Shown piece by piece: positions 39,731-53,829 of a stretch of DNA of 64,000 nt. Position 1 is the first letter of the stretch. Every line of letters begins with the position of its first letter. A program made the translations under genes and the position numbers. The stretch lies in the NCBI RefSeq assembly GCF_009914755.1, contig NC_060931.1; one strand, given 5' to 3'. Source of the DNA: the human T2T-CHM13v2.0 reference genome, Homo sapiens. Under the pieces are notes generated by a model. That model was not told the origin of the DNA, made no database searches, and saw only the letters and a list, made by a program, of their open reading frames with translations.

Positions 39731-41143
39731 TTTTATGCTTTCCTAACATCTTACATGCCTTCAGTGATGATAATTCTTCAGAAATTAGTAAACATTCTGT
39801 GAATTTTTAACATTCTGTGAATTTTAGAACTCATTAAGACAAACACACATCTATGCCTTGTACTCGTATAAAACCTATTGAATGTTACAAATTATGTCTT
39901 ATCGTTCCAAAATTTCAGATTTTTTTTCCCAGAAATCAAACTCAATGCTGTTTGGAAAATTTTTGCATAAACCAGCATTCAGATTAAGCAAAATAGAGAG
40001 ATAAATGAAGAGTTGAATCAAAACAAAGTTGAAAACCAAAATAAAATTTTAATTATTTGGTACATTTAATCAGGAAGGATCTTCTTACAAGGCAGTTCTG
40101 TGCAAAACATCAATGAGTGCTAATAAATAAGGACATATGTGTGTCCCAAAAGATTTGTCTTCAAGGTATTGTGAAAAAAGTTCCTGGAGCCACCTATGAG
40201 AGAGAGTGCATCTGGTCTAATTGCAAACTTCAAGCAATTGTTAAACTTCTTATTGCCTTCTTGAACACCTCTCTGGACTCACCTGTGTAGGTCTGTCTCT
40301 GTCCTCCTCCGGGCTGTCTGTGAGTTTCAGTTCTACCCTTCTACCCATACTAAGGGAGAGTCCACTCCAGCCTTGTGGACGTCTAGTTGCATATTCACTT
40401 TATCCATAACCTTGACATCTTCGTGAAATAATAAGTGGGTAGGGAAAAAAATTTCTCCTATACACTAGTGGAAATTGTATACTAAAAAATTTCAGCTATT
40501 TAACAGAGGGCCAGGAGTTTGGAAATTAGAAGCTGTTTCCCAACATCAGCAAAATAAAGGATTCCACTTTATTTATTTGAAGCCACAATTATCCAACCCA
40601 CTTCAACGGTTGCTTCATATAATGAGTCTTAGAGTCAGAAAAACTATAATTTAATGACCCCTGATTATGTAGGCTGAAAACTTGGATTCAATGTGGTAAT
40701 TAGATAAGGCATGTTTGTTTATCTGACATTAGATAAGGCATTTTACCTTCCATCAGCCACAATTTCTAATTTTCCTGCAGATGTTTACACATGTTTTGGG
40801 GAAAAAGCTTTTATGGTACTACAGATGCAGCCATTGCAGCTTGGCAGAATGCTACAGGAGCAGAATAATCATCAGAGATGTTCCTAAGCAAAGAAGGAAA
40901 ACCAGTTCTGAAAAAATGGCAATGATTAAATAAGGTAAAAAGTACACTATTTCCAATGGAATTATGTGATTTTTAAAAAAACTTTGAGAGATGTGAATTT
41001 GTCTATGTATAAATAGGTAGACAAAATTGTTCACAAGTAATTTTAAATATTTTTTTCTTTCAGAAATGAAATATTCTTCAATTTAAGGAAATTCTGACGT
41101 TTCAGTACGCTAGTGTGTGATGTTCAGCTATTATAGATGCTCC

Positions 41144-41159
41144 TAGCGCCATCTGGTGA
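41144..41159 (-). promoter_or_regulatory. Candidate CTCF binding site
   Basis: Minus strand TCACCAGATGGCGCTA versus core CCASYAGRKGGCRSY; lies in apparently unique sequence and retains a CpG. Confidence 0.7.
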
Positions 41160-42227
41160 GATATACAAGCAATAGCATCAATATTTGACTCATGCTTTGT
41201 AAACCCAGGAGACACTTACTCTGCAGAAAATAGGCAGTAGAACAACCTCCACTTATTACACTATGAAGTTTGTCCTCAGATACTAAGAAAAATCACTGTG
41301 TAACCTTGATGTGCATGTAACATCATTTTAATAATGCAGATATGGATCTCACTGAACATTTTAATTGTACCTTTATCCTTGAAATGTTTATCAACCTCTG
41401 GTGCCATTTTCTCTTCAAATAAATTTTGCATACATTTCCAACTGAAGTTAATGGAAAGTTAGAATATACATTTGAGATTACAAGTTAACCTAAAATTCAT
41501 GTTGTAACATGCAAATTAGAAGAAAAATCATTTTGCTTAATTCTTTAGGACTATTTGACATTTCAATTGGAGGTGCAGTAATTTCTTATCGAAAACAAAA
41601 GAATAGATGTTTTCTTTTGGAAAACAGACTTGATATGTGTACATGATATTTCTATTAGAGGAAAAGAATATTGAAGAAGAGGATGAAGTTGGCTTTGAAT
41701 AAGTTGAAAAACATCAGGGTTAGAGGTGCTGAATGTAAAAACATTTAGTGTTTTGACTTCTAATATCACAGACACCTTTTCTCCAAGAGTTACTGGTATA
41801 AAATATGTAAATTTACCTCAGACAAAAATATACAGAAGTGTAAAATGCCTTCAATTCCTCCTTACATAAGCTCTATCTGTTGTAAACCAAGTTCAGCATA
41901 TGTGTAATCAAGAGCTTCTGGAACAGCAGGGAATCACCTGAGCATTGGGAATCTTCAATTTGTTCCATCTCTCAGACAGGTTGCTGAGTGCAGTGCCATC
42001 TTATGCATGTAGGCATTTGTTGGTGGTTTGCTGTTTTAGCACAAATGACAGTATAGATACGATTTGCATAGCAAGCTTAAATAGTTAATGATCAAGAAAT
42101 ATGACAAGACTTTATCTGATAAACATTTACTCTTATTTTTCTGACAGAGTAATGTTGATAAACACCAAAAAGCTCTTTCCACAAATACCACAGTAGAATT
42201 CACAATCAGAACCAACTACAAAATTTG

Positions 42228-42385
42228 CAGTGGTGTGCTCAATGCACCATGAAAATGCAAGCCCCTTTGTTCAAAAATTTTAAGGAATTTCAAGATGGCA
42301 ACAAAAGAATCTTAAATCAAATGCAGGGCCCTTCTGAGCACAGTGGCCCCATATGACTGCACAGGTGGCACAGCCATGAACTCAT
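42228..42385. mobile_element. MER91-like hAT MITE
   Basis: atgaaaatgcaagcccctttgttcaaaaa...gggcccttctgagcacag...gactgcacagg. Confidence 0.55.
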
Positions 42386-42449
42386 TGACGTAGGCCAATA
42401 TTTTATTTTGCACTTGTGGAAAGGTAAACTGAGGCACATTAAAGCATTA

Positions 42450-42778
42450 AAAACTCTATTAAAGACTTTATTTGAGCATTTAGTGATCCATGGATCTGGG
42501 TACTTCCAGACTGCAAGTGGTTTGGGGACTCCAATAAAGGCAAAGGTACTTTTATAAGGTGAATGAGGGAGCAAGGCAAAGGAAACATTTGGGGAGAGGT
42601 AGCCTCGCTCAACTCATTCCCCTGGAAAGTCCTAGCTAGAGGTTAGTTGGTGATTTCTGGGTTAGTTAAAGTTTTATTTTACCGTTTATACTGAATTGGG
42701 TTTGAGTTTGCTTACACAGGAACCCAAGGTGCTAGAATCACCTCAGCCCAATGACCTCCTAATTAAATTTTTTTAAAC
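42450..42778 (-). mobile_element. ERV1 solo LTR (MER93-like)
   Basis: tttatttgagcatt...ggaacccaaggtgctag...cctcctaattaaatttttttaa (recalled). Confidence 0.5.
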
Positions 42779-42786
42779 ACTCTTAT

Positions 42787-43086
<300 letters not shown>

Positions 43087-43397
43087 TTAGTGTTTATTGA
43101 GCAAAGCCATTACATGTATGTATATTATCAGTTATAAATATTACCTCAATATATAAAGATTAAAACAGATCTCTGCTACAATTTCTGATTACCTCATTAA
43201 AAAAAAAGGATGAACAAATTGGTAGGCTCAGCCTTTTCACAGCTTCCTGAAATCATACTCATATGCAGTGGATACTACTGGGTGCATAGAGGCAAATTCA
43301 CTGTTGCGGGTAATGAAGCTAAAAGTTTGGAGCCAGAACAAGGCTCTGGGAAGTGCTCTGGCAATTAAAACACATTTCATATGTCTGCAAAAGTAAG

Positions 43398-43744
<347 letters not shown>

Positions 43745-45656
43745 TGACTTCCCCTTTGTCCCTCTTATCCTGTGTCAGGTGCAATTGGAGTGGCCATGGG
43801 TATTTCTAAGATCTAGTTGAGGGGAAATTGAGTTCATCCGGACTTAGAGGAATATGTTTTTGTGGTTTGTAGTTACTTCTGTGTATAGTTATTGCCAGCC
43901 ATCCTGGGGTACTCCTACACTCACTATGCTGACACAAAGTTGCTTGGCCAGGATTCATATCATGAAGAGCATATGTCCTCCACCTCCAGCACCAGAAAGC
44001 GGTGGGTAGTGGAGAAGCAGCAAGGTTCACCATGCACAGAGTCATAAATTCATCTGTGGCAAAGCATGTAGAAATGTGCCAGAAAAAATAACATATTTAT
44101 TGTCCCTTTTTTGATAGTTTTTTTCCAAATGTGTTGTGTATTATAATTTCCTTTCATGTTTTAAATAAAAATTGATTTATACATCTAAATTCATATTTGT
44201 AAATTATATACATTTCAGACCACTTAAAACCTGGATCTGTCCCACTGAAGGCTGAGAAATGAAAGCAGAGAAAGACTGAAGGTCTGGCCTAGATTTCATT
44301 CAGATGGGGATTATAGTCCGGTTCAGATAAAAATCAAGTATAGCTGAGCTGGAAGAGAAATTATTGTAGTAAGAATGTAGTGATTTATTATTAACATCCC
44401 TCAACCCTCCATTTGTAGGTTTAGTTTTAAATGTAAGATTTCAGGAAAAGGGAGAGCTTTGACTTTCACAAGCCCCAGCTTCTCCCCTCTGTGCGACCTC
44501 TGGCTGGGCTTCCCCCACCCAGGCCCCCTTCCCTGCATGGACTCCTTTCTTTCCAAGATCCACTCAGCACCTCCTTCCTCTCTCTCAGTACTCCTTAGTC
44601 TATCTTTGTTTCTCTCCACAACTCTTCTCAACCATATCACCCACTGTTTTCTCACCTGGGTGACGTTCCCAGCTCTCAACTTTGCCAATTTCTATTTCTT
44701 TTCAAAATTGATCTGCTCCACTAGCCCTTTTCTTCAGGTGCTAAGTTTGATAGATAGCTAGTAAATAAAAAAATAAAAACTGAAATAATCAGTTAAATAG
44801 GTTTTAATTAGTATCATCAACTTTCTTCTTGTGTACTTTTAAAAAATTGACTTTATTTTATAGAATAGTTTAGATTTGAAAAGATGGTACAAAGAGTTCC
44901 CATATACTTTGCACCAGTTTCCCAAATTGTTAACACTTTACATTAGTATATTTGTTACAATTAATGAGCCAATATTTACATATTGTCTAAAGTTCCTACT
45001 TTATTCATGTTTCCTTACTTTTTATCTGATGTCTTATTTCTCTCCAAGGATCCATCTAAAGTACTATATTACCTTAAGTCGTCATTTCCCCTTTGGCTTT
45101 TTTTAGTTGTAATGACTTTTTGGACTTTTCTTGTTTTTGATCATTTTCACAATTTTTCAAAAGTACTGGCCAGGTATTTTTGTAGGATGTTTTTCTATTG
45201 GAGTTTGTCTGATGATTTCCTCATAATTAGATGTGGAGATTATGAGTATTGGAAGGAAAATAACAGAGGTAAACTGTCGTTGTTACCACATCACAGCAAG
45301 GAGATATACATATAAGGGTACATGCATACTATTAATATGATTTATTACTATTGATGTTGACCTTGATCACCTGGCTAAGGCAGTGTTTGTCAGGTTTCTT
45401 CATTGTGAGGTTTTGTGCTTTTCCCCCTTTGTATAACTATAGTCTTTGCAAGGAAAAAACTATGCATTGCCCACACTTAAGGAGTGGGGAGTTATGCCAC
45501 CTCCTAGAGGGTGGAGTATCAATGGAAATAATTTGGAATCTTCTGCATGGGAGATTTGTCTCTTCTCCTCATTTATTAATTTATTCAATCATTTATTTAT
45601 ATCAAAATAGATTCTCTGATATTTATTTTTATTTGTTTTATACTTTAGGTATCTAA

Positions 45657-45951
<295 letters not shown>

Positions 45952-46703
45952 TCCAATACTTTTCAAATGTCGTTTATTCCATGAATGTTTCCAGCTTTGG
46001 TCACTGGGAGTCCTTTCAGTTGGTTCTTGGGCTCCTTGGACATACCTCCATCAGCACAGTGTTTTATTCTCCCTTTTGGTTGTTGCTTGAGTACTTCCTT
46101 ACTGTCTAGCACAACAGGAAGTCCAGCTGATAGTCTCCTGGCTTGGAGAGATAGTAGTGCCTCTTTACATCTTCCCAGGTGGCCTCCACTGACTCATCAG
46201 AGGAGAGGTAGAGTCCCAAGTCCTGATTTTTCTACCAGAACCCCAGGGGGAGAGGAAAGTGTCAAATCATAGGGTGGGCTGGAAGTCTAGGCTACCCTCT
46301 TGGTCTTTGCCAGCATGAGTGGTGGTGGAGCCACATATTTTTTTCTGCAGTGTTTGGCTGAAGTCAAGCAGTTATTGTATAAAACTTTTCTGTGTTTCTA
46401 GCTTGAGCTTTGATTAGAAAGAATAGACTTTGTTGGAACTATATAGTTTTTCTGCATTCATTCACATTGCCATGTAACTGGCTTCTTCAGCTCCCAAAGT
46501 CTAGGGATATATGAGACAAAACAAAACAAAACAAAACAAAACAAACAAAACACACATACACACAACACAACAAAATAACAACCTCCCTGCCCCCACCCCC
46601 CACCCCACCCGCCCCCGCCAAGGAACTCATCTCCATGTTGTTCGTTTGGTCCTGAGGTCCCTTTCTGCTGTCTTCTCTCAAGCATTCAAAGTTTTCTGTC
46701 TTT

Positions 46704-46753
<50 letters not shown>

Positions 46754-46762
<9 letters not shown>

Positions 46763-47047
46763 CTTTTTGGAGACGAATCTTGCTCTGTTGCCCAGTTTGG
46801 AGTACAGTGGTGCAATCTTGGCTGTCTGCAACCTCCATTTCCCAGGTTCAAATGATTCTCCTGCTTCAGCATTCTCCGTAGCTGGGGTTACAGTCACCCA
46901 CCAACATGCCTGGCTAATTTTTATATTTTTAGTAGAGACAGAGTTTCACCATTTTGGCCAGGTTGGTCTCAAACTCCTGACCTCAGGTGACCTGCCCTCC
47001 TTGGCCTCCCAAAGTGCTGGGATTACAGGTGTGAGCCACTGCGTCCT
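46754..47047 (-). mobile_element. Alu (AluS-like) with a long (TA)n tail at 46707-46753
   Basis: Full dimer; TSD cattcaaagttttct at ~46683 and ~47048. Confidence 0.94.
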
Positions 47048-48414
47048 CATTCAAAGTTTTCTTATGTTTGCTTTATATATTATGTCAAGGGGTTTTAGAA
47101 GTACTTAGCAGGAGGAGTAGGTAAGATTATGTCTATTTCATCTTCCCAGAAGTGGAAATCCCTTACTTCCTTTTCAAAAGTTCTCTTTAGAAGCAACAGT
47201 CAAATTCAATACCATACTGGGAATGTATTTTGTTGCAGGTGCAACTCCCTGCTTTTTTCCATGAGTCACTAAATATTTCTTATTTTCTTTTAGCAAACAT
47301 ACGGGAACCTTTATTTTATATTTCACTTATAAATTTAAAGGAGGAAAATAGGAAATTAGTATGCCATCAAAAAAGGTGAGTTTTCACTTAAACCTACTTA
47401 AATTATAGTTTTATGTTTAAGTCAATGACATATACTCCACTGAGCAAATCATGAGTTGGTTTCTGACCCCATCAGATAGTAAGAAATGTGATATGAAGAC
47501 TGAGATGGCTAAGGAGTCACATTCTGTGAGATGAAACACAATGATTTTGCTTCCACACAGCAGTAGAATGACACACAGTGATGAGAAGCTTTCCATGAGC
47601 GTGCTAAAAGCAGTGTCCAACATCTGGTAGAACTCACAAATTTTCCAGGGACAGTTACGTGTGCCAGTTAATCTAAAATCAGTTATCACCTTGTCAACTA
47701 AGTAAAAATGACCCAAATGCCCTAAATTCTTTCACTGCTGTGGGTTCTCTGAAACAGTTAACCGAAACCTCAATTTAATTTAACAACCCTCTCAATAAGC
47801 ATAGTAGTCAAATTCAGTCCTATGATCATTTTGACCATACTGAAATTAACTCGCTTTTCTATTATGCAATGACTTTCAGGTTTTTGTTTTATCTCTTGAA
47901 ATTAAAAGAAAATTTAAATTGTTCTTATACATATTCTTGAAAACCTTGAATATGTGTGTAATTATTCATCAGAATCTTTTAGAATTCAAATATACACCCT
48001 TTCAGGTTGGAAATGAATTGATATTGGATAAAATGTGGTGGTAAAGATAGTCTGAAGAGAAATATTTCTATTCCAGAAAACAAAGAGCAAATAAATAGAA
48101 ATAATTAGAATATTATCACTATTCATGTAAGACAATATTTATCTAAGGCCAATCATTTTTAAAGTATGGAGCAGGCTACAAAGTTTATGACAATGAGGGT
48201 AAAAAGAAGAAATGAAGAAAAGACTTAAGATAATTATTTTTAAATATTAGTGGTTCTCTTAAGTGTGGATCCTGAATCAGTGGTATCAACATCACTTGGG
48301 AACCAATTATATCAGCAAATTCACACACCCCCAATCCAGGCCTGATGATTCAAATTCTCCAAGGGCGGAGCATGACAAGACGTGTTTTGACAAACCCTGC
48401 AGGTAATTTTACAT

Positions 48415-48415
48415 G

Positions 48416-48447
<32 letters not shown>

Positions 48448-48612
48448 TATATACACATACATGCATTATATCAATGAATAATTGATATACACACATATCA
48501 ATATACACACATTGATATCAATGAATAATGTGTGTGTATATATATTTATATATAAATGAATAACGTGTGTGTGTATATATATAAATACACGTTATTCATT
48601 GATATCAATATT
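48415..48612. repeat. (TA)/(CA) microsatellite with a nested inverted-repeat mosaic
   Basis: 48511-48533 and 48587-48609 are reverse complements at 22/23 positions. Confidence 0.85.
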
Positions 48613-50148
48613 TTATGTCAAATGAGGAAGAATTTTAAACATTTTTTCTAATGTGTTCATATAATTTGCTCATCTTCATTTTGTGGGTTATCAAATACTA
48701 CAAGAGTCTTATTTGTTACTTCTCATAAATTTATCTCTTTCCTAATGAATTACTGTTTTTCATGTAATTTGAATTTTTAGGTTACAAGTCACTTTCAATG
48801 ACAGATTAATTTCCCTTGTTTTCATTATTCATCTTTATGAACTTTGCTTATATCTCACTAATTTTTAGTTTTTCTCATTTATTTAATAAATAAATAAGTG
48901 TGAACATGTTACCTCATACATATTAGAAAATAGGGAATACGTTATTTCTAACTGGTTTTATTGAAACATTTTTAAAGCTCTTTGCAAATTGCAGTTACAA
49001 TGGCATAGTTCGAACCCAACTTCTGCTTAGTTGAACCTAAAAAATGTTACAGCCACTATAATGTCTTCAGCAGGTGGGAGTAGGATAGAGAAAAGATCAG
49101 AGTAAAAAGAGACAGTTACCTTTAACTTAAATTATAGCTCGTGTTTTTCACTTTTGCAAATTTTACATGCAACCATGGATCCATCCTCCTCAGGCCTATT
49201 ATAGCCTTCAGGGGAAGCTTCCATGGAAATAACTTAATCTGGTGAGATCCCCCTGAGCTCAGGAAGGTAGAGATCCCAAGCCTCATGCCTCAGCCAGACT
49301 TATCTCGAGGAACCACTTAATAATGTTTTCTATGCCACAAGAATCTTGCTGAATAATCTATTTTATATTTACAGGACACTCAACTGAACAACAATACAAT
49401 TCATTTTATGCATATTCCATTCATCCAGAAAATTTAATGTGTCTAGTGATTGAATGACAGCAAACAAGTATGTAGTTTTAATGTAGGAAAACATTCAATT
49501 ATATTTTCAACACTGCTTTTTTTTCAATGAGGGAAAGAAAATCTAAAGCATCAAAGTATTATAAAACAATTCTATTTCATAAATCAGGGGAAATGTCAAG
49601 ATGGAAAATATGGAGTAAAAACCCTCTGTCATTGTACTAACATAAGTATTATGTTTTTTCTCCATGTATGGTTTAGAAAATCATCAATTCTTAAAATTCA
49701 GTGGAGACCAGAACATTTTGGGTAAAGTTCAGACCTCTGAGTGGTGTTGAAAGCTAAGAAAGCGAAGGACAAGAAGGTGGGGAGGTATAGTCAGTACTAT
49801 CCTAGGAGCACGCAAGTGTGGCTAAACAAACAGTCACGTTTTCCAGGGTCCGAGACCATGGTCACTGGGACATGGAGAGGATCTTGCCAGGGCCCTGTCA
49901 TGCCTATGAAAACAAAGCTAAAGATTATTTGGAGAGATATAGAAGAGCTTTGGCTTTTCTTTACCGGGAATGATGGAAAGGAGAAAGAAGGTGCCCATAC
50001 CTCCTATTTGAAGCCTATACCTAGACTACCACATGACTCCACTCTCAGTGAAGACATTTCTAACAGGAAGATAGACTTTTTATTCATGTGCTCTTTACTA
50101 AGAGAGGATTTATGCTATCTTTTTGGTATGAAGGAAGGATTGAGGGCA

Positions 50149-50465
<317 letters not shown>

Positions 50466-50764
50466 TAATTAAATTTCTTCTTATCCAATCCATCCCTCAA
50501 CCAATTATTTAACACACGATTATGGAGCAACTACTAAGTGCCATACATTGTGCTAAATTCTGGGAATAAAATGGAGTCCTGCACCTTAAGAAACACACAG
50601 TCCTGTAGAGAAAGGTTGTATATAAACACTTTAGTGCTATAATATGTAGGAGGTGATCAGACAGCTGCCTGTACAAAGTACCATGTGAACACAGAGGAGT
50701 TGTGAGGTGTGTGTGTGTGTTGTAAAAAGATGCAGACATTTAAACATGGTCTTAAATTTCTTCA

Positions 50765-51261
50765 GACTCCTCCCCCTGAGAGGTGGGATTTATGTTCTTT
50801 CTCCTGGAATTTGGGAGGCTTGTACCTGTTTTGAGCAACACAGTGTGGTGGAAATGAACCAAAGTGACTTCTGAGGCTGAAGCTTCTTCCTGGTTCCTTT
50901 GGAATGCTCATGCTCTGGATACTTCCTCTCAGAACCCAACTGCCACTCAGCGAGAAGCCCAAGCCCCTTGGAGAGGTCCTGTGCAGACTCTGGTTCCTCC
51001 TGAACCCAGCCTCAGGCTCATCCAGCCCCAACATCAGATGTGTGAGTGAAGAAACCTTTAGATAATTCCATCCTGAGCCACTTGTGTCTCTCTTAGCTCA
51101 GGCCTCAATCATCCCAGGACAGAAACAAGCCATCTAGGTTGTGCCTGGTGGAAATTTCTGACTCATAGAATCCATGAGCAATAAAACCACAATAAAATTG
51201 TGATTGTTTTATGCCACTAAGTTTGTGGGGATTTGCTAGGCAGCAATAGCAAATTGGAACA
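50765..51261 (+). mobile_element. MaLR LTR (MLT1F/H-like)
   Basis: tgtgagtgaagaaacc...tttatgccactaagtttg...gcagcaatagcaaattggaaca. Confidence 0.7.
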
Positions 51262-52838
51262 GGAGAATTTCAGGCAAGGCTTTCTATAATATAGAGCACT
51301 TGAACGAAACATAATCGCCATTAAGAGCACAGGCCTTGGTATTAGAACTAGATGAAAATTCCAGTTCTACAATGAACACTAGTTCATGCCACTTGTATAA
51401 CCTCTAGTAGTTTTTTTGTAAGTATTCTGAGAGATAATGACTGAAAGTGCTTTGTACAGTGTTGCCTTAAAGTAAGCAATCAGTTCTTAGCTTAAAAAAA
51501 GATGAATAGAAGTAATAAAAGCAAAAAACAAGCAATTGTACTAAACATAGTATCTACCATTCCAGTTAGTGTAATCGTATGACTCGGCTTACAATTCTCA
51601 TTTATTCTCTTTGTCCTGGGACCCTTTCAATTTTAGCATACATCCTAGATTCTTTGTTTATTAATTTTTAAAATAAAATAGCAACATTAACAATTGCATT
51701 AAAATAATCAGGGATAGATTTGGTGGACCTTCACATTGTATTTAGAATTTCTGCTGTCCAATGTATGGAGTTCTTACTTAAACTTGCACTTCAATCTAGA
51801 AGATGATCAGCTATTCATCTTTTCCCATCTCTTTTCAGACAAAACACAATTATCCCCTTTCTTTCAGGCACAGCATGAAAGACACTCTCAGATAAATGCA
51901 CTGAATGTGAGTGACAAGGGATAGATTAGCTCCAGTGTAGAGCGGGATGGAAAAATACTTGAAGCTTCTGCCTCTGCTGGCCACGTGGCATATAAGCCCA
52001 TGTTCCATAGCTTTGTATTAGCCTTTGAGATTCACAAACCTGCAGTCACCAATCTGCTGCATCACTGGGAAACACTGGAAACTATAAGTTAGATGTGCAT
52101 GAAGTAATTTGGAGAAATAAGAGTCTGAACAGTTATTCTGAATAATGCATCAAAGTGGGCCGAATGTTATTGCTACAGTGGTTTAGTTATTTATTATATA
52201 GGGTATAATAAGTAGTATTCCCTTAGGGATCACATTTTTTGGTTAGTCTTTTGTTTTTTTCTTTTGCAACAAACTTTTTTGACATCAATGAGCTTAAAAC
52301 AAAACAAAAAAACAAACAAAAATCCAAAGTCTATATTTAATGGGAAATTAAGCACCTAAACATTCATTTCCTAATAAATGCAATGATGCACATAATAAGA
52401 TTGTGCAAGCTTTGAGGATGTTTACCATCCAACTATGAAAGCTGTAGTAACATCACGGACCGTGTGAACATCCAAAAATAAAAATATTCTTAAGATGCTT
52501 GAGCATTCCCTTCAGAAGTTGGTAGTAGGTAGTCATGTTAGGAAGGTTGTACATAATATTTCATTAAATTAAACAAGTCTTCTTTGAATTAACTTCACTC
52601 TTTTCTGATTTCCATTTTTTACATGTACAAAAAGTGAAGCAATAGTTATTAACGTGTTGGTTTGGTTAGAATTTCACAAACAGTTAAAGAAAGTCTAACT
52701 TTTGGCAGTGACACCAGATGCTTCACATAGAAAGTCAGATACATTAATTCCAATGGTTCAATTTTTAAAATTCAACTCATGGAACCAGCGAAAAGCTTCT
52801 GAAATTTAATTTAACTGAAAGTGAAATATCTGACACTA

Positions 52839-53204
52839 CAGATGCTCCTTGTCTTACTATGGGATCACCTCTCCATAAGCTCATCATGAATTGAAAATAT
52901 CAGAAGCTGAAAATGCATTTAATATAACCAACCTACCAAACATCATAGCTTAACCTAGTCTACCTTAAATGCGCTCAGGAACTTTCCATTAGCCTACAGT
53001 TGGGCAAATTCATCTCACACAAAGTCTATTTTATAATAAAGTGCTTAATATCTTATGTAATTTGTTGAATACCATACTGAAAGTGAAAAATAGAACAGTT
53101 GTATGAGCACTAAAAGTACAATTTCTACTAAATGCATATTGATTTCACATTGTTGTAAAGTTGAAAAGCATTAAGTCCAACCACTGTAAGTTGGGGAACA
53201 TCCT
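52839..53204. mobile_element. MER47A-like Tigger MITE
   Basis: TA-cagatgctccttgtcttactatggg...gcctacagttgggcaaa...gtaagttggggaacatc; ~366 bp. Confidence 0.8.
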
Positions 53205-53829
53205 TATTATGATTGGTACTATACATTAAATTAAATGTTCAATATTGAAGAAAAAGTTTTATGTTTTGATGAGACAACGTGAATAAAATGTTTATGGAAA
53301 ACAGGGCCATAGTAAACACAATGCTATAATTAAATTATTTATGGAGCAAATATACTTGGAATTGTCATGCACATTCAACTTGTCATTATATCTAAATAAA
53401 CATCTGTATTGTATTAATCAAAACCTATGGTTGCTGAAATTTATCTATGTGTTTTTACATATACACAACTGAGTAACTGAAGTATAAACTTTTTTGTGAC
53501 AAGTTAAAAAATAAGTTACTATGGTGGCACATGCTTTTTTCTTTGCTGCCTATTAACCTAATAAATTTCCTTTAGTATTTTATAGTGGTATTGAACTTTG
53601 AAAAGTGAGTCCTCTTTTTTTTGCGTTTTATTCAAAATCAGTTGGAAATGTTTAAATGAATTATTTAATGGAGTACCAACAATCTCTTGACATTTTTAAT
53701 GTCAAAGTGTCAACAATCTTTGACATTTTTAGATAATTGCAATTATAGTCAAATCCTGCAAACAGAAAGACATGGAAATTTAGTCCTATAAAATAAAAGC
53801 AAGGGATAAACTGAACAAAATCAATGAAA

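Noticed and set aside
39790-39825. 17-bp direct repeat AACATTCTGTGAATTTT x2
   Set aside because: Ordinary slippage duplication with only two copies; not a CRISPR-like array.
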